From assembly GCA_002104905.1 (NCBI GenBank), contig MCFE01000150.1:1-64000 (forward strand): a DNA stretch of 64,000 nt, written 5' to 3'. The notes below the pieces were generated by a model. It was given only the letters and a program-made list of their open reading frames with translations, ran no database searches and was not told the DNA's origin. Shown one piece after another: positions 50,460-60,919 of the stretch. The position numbers were made by a program, and so were the translations under genes. Every line of letters begins with the position of its first letter. The first letter of the stretch is position 1. This DNA comes from Basidiobolus meristosporus CBS 931.73. Taxonomy: Eukaryota > Fungi > Basidiobolomycota.

Positions 50460-52260
50460 CCTTATACCCTACAATAACATCAAGCCCAACCCCACACTCA
50501 ACAAGTAACTCCATTGAAGTCCACTACTCAACAAGTATCTCTACTATAACACTCTGTTTCCATGACTTTGGCAGGAACCCTACACCATTATGCCACTGTT
50601 CATTCACTGGTTCCCATATGTCCTGGTCTCCAGCCTGCACTGCAAGGTCTAGTACCTCATCTGCCAGTCTTTGCAATAAATCTTTGCAAGATTCAAGTGC
50701 ATTTTCTTGACCACAGCTCTTGAAGATGTGCTGCAACCTCTTGGTGTTCCTTTTAATGTTTCAAAAAATTCCTCTGAAGGCATTGTGATAACCTGTTGGA
50801 TTCTTGACATTGTTACTCTGTCTGTTGGGGGGATCTCCACTCTCTCAACAATGGAGGATATGGAGGCTGTGGTAGACAAGTTGCCTCTGTGTGCAAACTC
50901 ATTTACCTCACTGGAGTGTAGCTCAACTGACTGCATTTGCAACTCTTGTTAAAGCCTCTCTTTGCTTGTTGGTAATTTGTCTTGGCTATGATGGCATTCA
51001 GTGTGTTCCAGGCTTATGAAATTAGTGGGCAAGAACTGCAGCTTTTTTCTTACACTTCCCTGTCTCTGACTTGTGTAGACTTTTTTTCCTTGACCTTTTC
51101 CTATATCGCAGCCACTTTGTCCAAGTGCTCCTTGTATTGAACTACAGTTTCTCCTTGATAAATTGTGCTCTAATGCATCTGCTTTGGCCTGTCTGTCCCT
51201 TGCTGGTGCTCTGCAGGCAGCCTAATGCTTCCTACCTGCTTGTTGCAAGTTTTCAACCATTCTGTGATGCACTCCTGAGGCAGCTGCAGGCTTTTATCAC
51301 TGCCAGGTCCTTCACTGCTGCATTGATTGAGTGCTTCTTGAATGGAACTACACTTTTTCCTTCAGAAATGTTGTGCTGGTGCATCTGTGTCTGCCTGCTT
51401 TTCCCATATTGACACTCTTCCAGCTACCTGATGTCTCTTTGACACTAGTTTGGGGCTTTTGGCCCTACTTGTAACAAGATCCAGAGAAAGCTGCTGGTTT
51501 TTAGCCATTGCACCCTAGTTCTTCTTCCATTGATAGTTTCTGCTATCCCTGAGATACTCTCTTGCAAACCAATGCAGGCCCAAAATTCATTTGCTTATTT
51601 GAATCCAGGATAGTGCTCATGGAACAAGTCAAGCACATTCTGCTTGGCCTTGAGTTTGTGATGCTGACCTTAAGATGTTGCAATACTATACTTCTAATGG
51701 CCTCTGTGATATTAGCCCACTCTTCATCATTGTACTTAACAGCTTTACAGATCTCCAGTGTCTTATGATATTTAGGCCATGGTATAAACACTACATTCTT
51801 GCCCTCCCATGCTATGATAGGTTTTTCTGCGGGCTTTATTGTTGGGCACTGTTGTTGTTCTTCAAAGACTGAACAGTGTTACTCTGCTGTTACATTGGGA
51901 AATGGCTCAGTTCCTGACTGTGACATTGAGCTACTTGAGTATCTTCTTTGCAGCCAAAATACTGCTTTCTCTACCTAGGATATTAATTGCTCTGCACCTT
52001 TATCTGCTCATCCTGCTTCTAGACTATTTCCTGATATCTCTGGGCCATTGCATCTATCCTATCAGCCACTGAGCCTAATTGCCTCATTAATGCTTTGGTA
52101 TAATCTGACAAGATACTTGCTAATATTGGTGGCAGTGATGTTATGACGGCTACTTGCTGATCTTCAACTGAGGGTACTACATTTGCTACATTCTCATCTG
52201 CCTGAGCACAACAGTCAGCTTGTGACCCCATAGAGGCTCTCAATTGCTTACTTGACTGAG
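50460..52260 (-). pseudogene. Heavily disabled reading frame of unknown (probably TE) origin
   Basis: Contiguous protein-like fragments (ORF track 52019-52243, 51543-51791, 50649-50942, 50524-50736) broken by stops and frameshifts, in CpG-free DNA. Confidence 0.4.
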
Positions 52261-52588
52261 AGCCACAACTTTACATAAATGCTTACTATGATGGGTCATC
52301 ATTGAAACTTACATTAATGTAGGTGCAATGACTCAAATACAAGACTGTCCTAAATTCACATGGGTATTGACATATAATGACATAACAGCATTATGTTGTT
52401 GAGTGTCAAGCTGCTTTCCCCATGGACAAGACTACTTTGATTCAACACTATAAGAGAAGAGAAAAAGACCATGTGGCTATTAGACTTGTTCCATTGTACC
52501 ATGCCAGGGCGTGCGGCACAATCCGCGGTTGTAAAGAACGATTGGGCGCGATATTATAGCTACCAGAAGGAAGGATTGTTCTTGGACA

Positions 52589-52628
52589 ATTTTGCACTAT
52601 GCGGGACGATTTTGCACTATGCGGGACG
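52589..52628 (+). repeat. Perfect 2 x 20-bp subterminal tandem repeat ATTTTGCACTATGCGGGACG
   Basis: Read directly; a partial third unit follows. Confidence 0.95.
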
Positions 52629-53244
52629 ATCTTGCACACTATGGCACAATCTGACACAATGAGGTTGGAACGGATGATTGCGCCAACTTGTAATGTTAGC
52701 ATCATGTGCGCAATTGGATACCGCCATTATGGCAGGTAAAATCCGGTATTTGGATATGTTTCTTTAATGTAAATGGAAATAAATGTGTATCGCACTATAA
52801 ACTACACTAATACTTACCATTTTGGTTACCCTCACTCCAATTGGACGGTATCTCAGTGGTTAATTGGTCCAAAAGTATCCTGAAGCTGGCAGCCCCCAAT
52901 TGGCTCATTGACTACTAAAAAAGCCACCTGATTTGCTATCAAATATCCCATTTTGCTCATTGAGCAGGTAAATCCCTGATCCTAGTGATTGGACAAGGTG
53001 TCATAGCCAGCACGTGAGCAATTGTGTAGGTGCAAAACAGATCCAATAGCTGCACTGGTATTACAGATGATGTATATATATGCAGGGTGTTTATTTATAG
53101 GGGTTCTGTCTCAAATGTGAGACGACCTTGATATTACTTATATCAAAAATTTGATGATCACTGATTTGCAATGGCTTGATTCGGATCGCAAAAAAAAAGG
53201 GTTGTCGGGATCATTACAAATGTGAGCAATTCAAAGCAATTGCA

Positions 53245-54457
53245 TCATCTTCTCCTGGGTTTTTTTCTCACAGGGATTACTACTGAAGCATTTGGTAGTG
53301 ACTCACTTTGCACACCTATACTACTTCCTGGCTGACTATCATCTTGGCTACTTGTGTATTTGTAGTCAGTATTTTGCCTCCTAGTTGATGAGTGCAATGC
53401 TACAGCTTGGCCGCGCTGAATTGCTCCGACTGAACCAACTGAACCAGCCTGTAGTGCCACGTGCTGACGCGTTCTTTTACTTGCCAAGGGCTCCGGTGGT
53501 TGAGGCACTTCATGTTGGTCATCATCAGTCAGTTCACCAGAAGTAACTCGCTGATGGTCAGGCAAAATGGCACACGCAGGCACGCCTTGACTGAGTTCAA
53601 TGTGATGCTGCAAGTTGATGCAACTCGGTCCGCTCCAATGGACTTGTGTCTAAATGAGCAGTTTGGCGAGTTCTTGTAGTTTTGCTCTGAAGCGCACGCA
53701 TTGACTCAATGTGGGGCGTTCTGGTAAAGGGTGTTGGCGTACTCTGGACTGACGTGCGCCAGCATGCTGTGGTTGCAAGAGATGGTAGGGAATCCAGCGA
53801 GGCATGCTGGTGCGATCTGGATGATGCTGCTTGTGGTCTGTATTCTTCCTCCTGAAGCTCACCATCTGATTCCTCAAGGTATTCACTTACCCTCTGTCTG
53901 ATACTTTGGAGCTGTTGCCTGGATGAGTCATGTGTATATTGCTCTCAGAAGCCACTTAGCTCTACTAATATATCACGTAGTACATTAGTCATTTGAGGCA
54001 AAAACTCATTCAGAATCTCTTTGGTTCCCAAAGTTGAGGCACAAACGGACGCGTCCGGCCCATACTGTGCAAATTGCGCGCGAAATCACTCCCGCGCAGC
54101 TTCTTTGTCAAATCCCCTCACTCTCAGCTCATTCTTGATTTCAATACTTGTCTTGTTATATATCTTTTTACATACATTGGCTGGCATCTAGATGTAGAAC
54201 TCATGCCACAGCTTTCTAATCAAGTTCTTCCATCTTTGTCGACTCTCTGAGGTATCTAGTTCTGCTAGATTAATCAGTAGTGCCAAAATATCTGTATGAA
54301 GGCTCATCATAGACACTTGGGCCATACTAAAATCATTTGGCAAGAACTCAAACGGATCCAACATCAACTTTTCCGGTCCAGACCGCGCTTGTGAGCTGGG
54401 GGATGGGTTTTGTCTGGGTTGTACTAAAGATGAGTTGAGGCTTGGTATGGGGACCAT
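53245..54457 (-). pseudogene. Transposon ORF2 (~400 aa, possible Myb/SANT-like DNA-binding protein), copy 1
   Basis: One frame with in-frame stops at 54188-90, 54086-88 and 53945-47, then a frameshift to a tail ending PVRKKPRRR*; contains SRQRWKNLIRK. Confidence 0.7.
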
Positions 54458-54816
54458 AGCAACGGATTTGGATACTTATACAGCAGTATATTGGCATCAA
54501 CCTGGTCTTATATGAAATATATATGAAAACTAATGTGATTGTTGAATTTTCCATATATTATGCATGATGCATCTTGGATTGCGTTGACATGGATCAGATC
54601 ACATCAATTGCAGATTTCCTATTTGATTATAGACCTATGATTAAAGCATCAATAAAAGTACCAAGGCATTGTTTGTGGATGATTTTTGCGACATAATGAT
54701 GGGATACATGGCAATTGATGGAGATTTAACCATAATGTATTAAAAATCAGATAAATAAGGCAGATTGCGCCAAATTGATTCAAACTGCTTTAATACAATC
54801 ATCCACCAATTTTAAT

Positions 54817-55701
54817 ATGACTTACTCACATGAATGGTCTTTTCTCATCAATCCCATCACTACCACTGGATTTCCTTTTGACACACTAGAGGAGATCTAA
54901 TCCAAGTACTGTGGACCATCAGCCCCAATCTACTCAAGGAGATCCCTTGTCAAGCTTCTCTGCTATTACAAGAACTATTGCCCTACCAGGTTTCATCCCA
55001 CCATCCATGGCAACAAAAGTCCTAGAAGCTTTCATTCCCAGCTGACAGCAATGGAGAACCACCTTGCAGAGGGTATGAATGACTTAGAGCAAGCTTGGAA
55101 TACTAGGTTCAGAAGCTCCAATAGACTTCCATATCCCAGAGTGTTCACCAACAGGTTCCATATCAGGAGTATTTTGGATACCTTCCCAGTGAGGATTAAC
55201 AGACCTTCTAGAGGGCAGAGGCACTTTTATTCTGGTAAGTACAAGGCACACTGTGTGAAGTTTCAAGCACTGTCTGGCATTGAGGGTAACATCATCTGGT
55301 TTAGTGGGCCATTTGCTGGAAGTAGGCATGACAAAGCACTCTGGGTAGAGAATCATCCTGAATTCAGTAGAGGGGAGAAATGTGTGGCAGACTTAGCTTA
55401 TATAGGAGAGGATTGTCAGAGATTAGGATGTACTACAGCTTATAGGAAGCCAAGGAATGGTGTACTTAGCAGGAAGCAGAAGCTCTACAATGAGATATTT
55501 AATCCTTTCAGAGTAAGGGTAGAGCACACATTTGGATATCTGAAGAGATTCAGCATATTGGCAGGTAAATACGGAGGAAAGTCATATATAGGAGAAAACA
55601 GCAGAATAGGTAAAATAGTTAAGATACTTATTAATGCACAGTATGTTCATACAAGAAGACATCCACTGAGAGAAATGTGTCTGGAGCAATATGAAGAGTA
55701 A
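54817..55701 (+). pseudogene. DDE_Tnp_4 (HARBI1/IS5-ISL2-like) transposase, copy 1, one premature stop
   Basis: ILDTFPV (D), YSGKYKAHCVKFQ, GPFAGSRHD, VADLAYIG (D) and RVRVEHTFGYLKRFSIL (E). ATG 54817 is in frame with ORF 55051-55701; TAA at 54898-54900. Confidence 0.92.
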
Positions 55702-56213
55702 ATAAAGCAAGGAAAGCACTATTCTGAGCAGCATAAGTAAGATTGAGTAAAATTACCAGTAGCTGTATCATACCACAGGCATCATGGTAGAAATTATAGT
55801 GCCAGATAGTGCCGTAGGGTGCCAGATCAATCCAGCACTATAAACAGGCTGCCACATTGAGTCAAGAGTGCCAAATGATGCCATAGTGTGCCAGAGAGTC
55901 CATGTGAGCCTATACTTGGACACAGAGTGTTAAACATAGCTCTGCATCTTCATGCAAAGCAGCCCCTATGTTTCACCTGAGATACAGGAGAAAATCCATT
56001 TTTTGACGTTTTTTTGTAGATCAATGTTGTGCAGGATCTGTAAGAGCACAAGGTTCTGGCTATCAATAGAAATCTTAATGACATCAGAATGATTTAAGAA
56101 TGTTCCAAGTAGGTGCTGGAAGGTTCTAAGAGGCATAGCACATCCAACCAATCAGGAGTCAGCACTCTGAACCTGCGTAACAGAGGGATACCATATATAG
56201 TATTGAAATGGTA

Positions 56214-56929
56214 GGGATGGTGACACGGGTTGATCATATGTCATGGGTACTAGTGCAGGTACGTGCCTAATAAAGAAGCACTTACTTCTAGTAATCTTAC
56301 ATAAAGTGAGGGATAACTTATGCAATAAGGTAAGCAGGTGTGATAGTCAACCGGCTTATAGGATAGTACTGATCCAGTACAACAAATGGGATAAACCTAA
56401 AATAAGTGTAGTAGAGAAATTGGGAAGTTGAAAATATGGGAATGAACATATCTGTCAGTGGGTGTCATTGTTACCCACTACAGCTCAAAATGTGAAACGC
56501 TTATTGGTTACAACAGTCAACACACAGTGGTACTGCCTTGAGGAGTGCCATTGTTAAACATAGCAGGAGTTGACAGCAACAACAAAGGGCCAACTACAGG
56601 CAAGGAACTACTAGAGGAGCTCCCCCAAACAGATGTAGACCCTGGTCTGCCACCTATGCTGTAGTGGGGTCAAAGTAACACCCAATGACAGATGTGTTCA
56701 TTCCCATATTTTTTACTTCCCTATTTCTCTACTACACTCATTTTAGTTTTGTCACATTTGTCTTACTTGAGCAGTACTATCCCATAAGCTGGCTGACTAT
56801 CACATGTGCTTAACTTATTGCATAAGTTATTCCTCACTTTATGTAAGATTACTGGTTGTAAGTGCTTCTATATTAGGCAAGCACCCATGCCATTACCTGC
56901 TACACATGATCAAACCATGTCACCATCCC
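56214..56929. repeat. Long inverted repeat, arms 56214-56484 and 56658-56929, 173-bp spacer; left arm contiguous with LTR-B-related sequence from ~56060
   Basis: gggatggtgacac...cactacagc vs gctgtagtgg...gtcaccatccc, matching throughout at moderate identity. Confidence 0.85.
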
Positions 56930-57498
56930 AACTTGGCCCGCTCCAATGGACTTGTGTCTTTTTCAGCAGTTAGGCAAGTTCTGGTGGCTTTGCTCTGAAG
57001 TGCATGCGTTGACCCAATATGCATTGACCCAATGTAGAGTGCTCTTGTGAAGGGTGTTAGCGTAGTTTGGACTGACAAGTGCCAACATGCTGAAGTTGCA
57101 AGGGATGATAAGGAATCCAGCAAGGCATGCTGGCATGATATAAATAATGCTGCTTGCGGTCTGTATTCTTCCTCTTGAAGCTCACCTTCTGATTTCTCAA
57201 GGTATTCACTTACCCTCTGTCTGATACTGTGGAACAGTTGCCTGGATGAGTCATGTGTATATTGCTCTTGGAAGCCACTTAGCTCTACTAATATATTACA
57301 TAATACATTAGTCATTTGAGGCAAAAATTCATTCAAAATCTCTTTGGTTCCCAGAGTCAAGGCACAAACAGACATGTCCAGCCCAAACTGGGCAAAGCAC
57401 GTGCAAAATTATTCCTGTGTGGCTTCCTCATCAAGCCCCCTCACTCTCAGCTCATTCTTGATTTCAATACTTGTCTTGTTATATATATTCTGACATAC

Positions 57499-58027
57499 TG
57501 TTATGAATAGACACAAGGCAGGAGAGTAGAGCTAGGCAAGGCAGGACCAGGAAAGGACTTAGGTGTGCATCAGCAAGGCAAGGCGTGTTTCCAAGGCAAG
57601 GCTGTTTATTCAAGACCTGTGTTTATCAGACTGAGGAATACTTAAAGGGGGATAGGACTATATATACTTTTTGGTTATACTGATGCCAAGAGATATTGGC
57701 TAATACTAATGGGGTTGTGGGGTGAGGCACAGCAATGGTGCTGGGGATAATGACATAGATGACACGGCACTGAGACAGGATGGGGAAATGGATTGGGTTG
57801 CCTGGTCATGTGACTAAGTCATGTGACCTGGTATTTCCATATATGGTACTGAACTATGAAAAATACAATGGAAAGCTTCCATGGAATGTTCCATTGTGTA
57901 ACAATGGTTTGGAATGGTCAGGAACTTTCTGGAAGGTGGTAGAAGGTTCCAGAAGGAATCTCTTAGAAATTGAGCTAGGAAGCTGAAACTTGGCATTGGT
58001 GTTCATGGTTGTCCTGTGATCATGACA
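57499..58027. mobile_element. Solo LTR (family C, 529 bp) with 5-bp TSD CATAC
   Basis: catac|TGTTATGA...TCATGACA|catac; the empty site ttacatacattgg is seen in copy 1 at ~54170. Confidence 0.93.
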
Positions 58028-58369
58028 CATACATTGACTGGCATCTTGCTGTAGAACTCATGCCACAGCTTTTGACTCAGGTTCTTCAATCTCTGTCAAC
58101 TCTCCAAGGTATCTAGTTCTGCTAGATTAGTGAGTAGCGCCCAAATATCTTTATGAAGGCTCATCATAGACATTTGAGCCATACTGATATCATTTGGCAA
58201 GAACTTGAATGGATCCAACATTCACTTTTCTAGTCTGGACCACACTTGTGAGCTGGGGGATTGTCTGGGTTGTACTAAAGATGAGTTGAGACTTGGTATA
58301 AGGACCATAGTGACAGATCTGAGTACTTATACAGTAGTATATTGGCATCTACCTGGTCTTATATGAAAT

Positions 58370-59102
58370 AGACTTGTTCTGTTGGATAGTGCCACATTGC
58401 GCCATGAGTGCCAAATGATGCTATAGTGCGCCAGAGATACCAAGTGAATCTATACTGGCCACAGAGTGTGAAACATAGCTCTGCATCTTCATGCAAAGCA
58501 CCCCCTGTGTTTCACCTATGATGCTGGAGAAAATTCATTTTTTTACATTTTTCTGTGGATCAATTTTGTGCAGGATCTGTTAGAGCACAGAAGGACTGAA
58601 GGCATGCATCAGGTACCCGATACCCATGGCACTCTAAAGCTAACTCCTCTGGCTTGTCACATGTCAGAAAAATGCATGGCACTATCTTGGTCCACTGGTA
58701 CTATCTGGCATTATAAGTGCTTTGTATCAATCTTACTCTAGGGCTAATAATAAAATATAGTGCCAGATAGTACCAGTGGACCAAGATAGTGCCATGCATT
58801 TTTCTGACATGTGACAAGCCAGAGGAGTTAGTTTTAGAGTGCCATGGGTAATGGGTACCTGATGCATATCTTCAGACCTTTTGTGCTTGTACACATCCTG
58901 CACAACATTGACCTAAAAAAAATGGTCAAAAAATGGATTCTCTCCAACACAATGGGTAAAACACAGGGGCAGCTTTACATAAAGATGCAGAGCTATGTAT
59001 CACCCTCTGTGGCCAAGTATAGGCTTACTTGGCCTCCTTGGCACACTATGGTATCATTTGGCACTCATGGCAAAATGTGGCACTATCCAACAGAACAAGT
59101 CT
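58370..59102. mobile_element. Foldback MITE (733 bp) of the PHIS-type family, TSD AAT
   Basis: aat|AGACTTGTTCTGTTGGATAGTGCCAC...GTGGCACTATCCAACAGAACAAGTCT|aat; arms ~346 bp, 40-bp spacer; empty site at ~54514-54530. Confidence 0.92.
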
Positions 59103-59404
59103 AATAGCTACAAAAACCAATGTGATTGTTAAACTTTCCATATATTATGCAAGATGCATCTTGGATTGCATTGACATGGATCAGATCACAGCAATTGCAG
59201 ATTTCCTATTTCATTATAGACTTGTGAGTAAAACATCAATAAATATACCCAGTCATTGTTTGAGGATGATTTTTGCAACATGATGATGGGATACATGGCA
59301 ATTGGTGGAGATTTAATCATAAATGGATGGAAAATTAGATAAATAAAGCTGATTGTGCCAAATTGATTCAAATCACCTCAGCCCAATCATCTACCAACTT
59401 TGAT

Positions 59405-60150
59405 ATGACTTACTAATCTGAATGGTCTTTTTCCATCAATCCCATTGCTACCACTGGTTTCCTCTCACCACACTAGAGGTAGATCTCTACCAACTACTGT
59501 GGTCCATCTACCCTAATCTAATCAAGGATATCCCTTGCTAAGCTTCTCTGCAATTAATGGAACTATTGCCCTACAAGGCTTCATCCCACCATCCATGGTA
59601 ACAAATGTCCTAGAAGCTTTCATTCACCCCTGACAGCAATGAAGTGCCACCTTGCAGAGGGTATGAATGACTTAGAGCAAGCTTGGAGTACTACATTCAG
59701 TAGCTCCAATAGACTTCCATATCCCAGAGTGTTTAGCAACTGGTCCCATATGAGGAGTACTTTGGATACCTTTGCAGTCAGGATCAACAGACCTTGTAGA
59801 GAGCAGAGCCATTTTTATTCTGGCAAGTACAAGGCACACTGTGTCAAGTTTCAAGCACTGTCTGACATTAAGAGTAACATCATCTGGTTTAGTGGGCCAT
59901 TTGCTGGAAGTAGGCATGACAGAGCACTCTGGGTAGAGAATCATCCAGAATTTAGTAGAGGGGAGAAATGTGTGGCAGACTTAGCTTATATAGGAGTGAA
60001 TTGTCAGAAATTAGGATGTATTACAGCTTATAGAAAGCCAAGGAATGGTGTGCTTAGCAGGAAGCAGAAGCTCTACAATGAGATATTTAATCCTTTCAGA
60101 GTAAGGGTAGAGCACACATTTGGATATCTGAAGAGATTCAGCATATTGCC
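59405..60150 (+). pseudogene. DDE_Tnp_4 transposase, copy 2, 3'-truncated
   Basis: Homologous to 54817-55560; TAA at codon 4; sequence diverges after LKRFSIL. Confidence 0.9.
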
Positions 60151-60229
60151 TAAGTGCCATAGAGTGCCAGATTAATCTGGCACTATAAACAGGCTGGCAA
60201 TATGTGGCACTATCCAACAGATCAAGTCT

Positions 60230-60915
60230 ATTATCCCCATATGATGTTTACCCTGATTAGTTATTGGCATTAGTTATCCCAGATGTTATTCAGCTTTGTG
60301 ATCTATATATATATATCTACATTAGGCAGGTACCCACATCACTACCCATGACATATGACTTAAGCCTGTGTTACCATCCCTATCATTAAAATACCATATA
60401 TGGTATATCTATGTTGCACATGTCTCAGGCTACTAATACCTGATTGGTGAGATGTGCTGTGCCCTCTAGAACCTTCCAGAACATTTTTGGCATATTTTTA
60501 GCTCATAGTGATGTCATAAAGAATTCCACCAATGCCTGGAATTTTCTAGAACCTGGTCATTAGGAATCACTTGGCAATCAGGGAAAGTATTTAAAGGAAG
60601 GCAATCCCTTATCAATAAATCAATCCTTCTATCAGTAACACTTTCCCCTTATTGATAAAGAGTTGATCACCGCACCTACCTTTAACAGTTATACCTCAGA
60701 CTTGCCATCAAGGAGCTTTTCAGGGTAGTGCACAAGACAGAGAGAGGTCTTTGAAGACACTTGGAGCATCTAGGAAGCTAGAAAAGCAGGAGCTTTTACC
60801 ATAGTACATATTGACAATGACACCAGCCGTTTAGACACAGAGGTTATTGCACCCATCAGACACCTCACACACCTTGAGTTGTGTAGCTTCTGCCAGGAGT
60901 ACCTCTACACCACCG
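60230..60915 (+). repeat. LTR family B copy, 5'-truncated at the transposon end
   Basis: Inverted homolog of 61930-62620 along its whole length. Confidence 0.88.
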
Positions 60916-60919
60916 CTGC

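Larger units (their letters stand above)
52482..56055. mobile_element. PHIS (PIF/Harbinger-ISL2EU)-type two-gene DNA transposon, copy 1 (left TIR intact, right end rearranged)
   Basis: att|AGACTTGTTCCATTG at 52482; GCACTAT subterminal repeats; ORF2 on minus, transposase on plus. Confidence 0.8.
56930..60229. mobile_element. PHIS-type transposon copy 2 (left-truncated, right TIR intact), carrying a solo LTR and a MITE
   Basis: ORF2 remnant 56930-58308 (minus), transposase remnant 59405-~60150 (plus), and end GTGGCACTATCCAACAGATCAAGTCT|att at 60229. Confidence 0.85.

Noticed and set aside
52589-52645. CRISPR-like repeat
   Set aside because: The 20-bp units are adjacent with no spacers; this is a subterminal tandem repeat in a eukaryotic transposon.
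58369-59103. TA target duplication (Tc1/mariner-like MITE)
   Set aside because: Against the empty site in copy 1, a TA model leaves 3 extra bases, whereas an AAT duplication with AGAC...GTCT termini fits exactly.
52479-60232. A single 7.75-kb composite transposon bounded by an ATT target duplication
   Set aside because: The right flank (att-atccccat...) is the interior of an LTR-B copy, while the left flank (gaccatgtggct-att) is not LTR-B. The shared ATT is better explained by ANT preference in two separate insertions.
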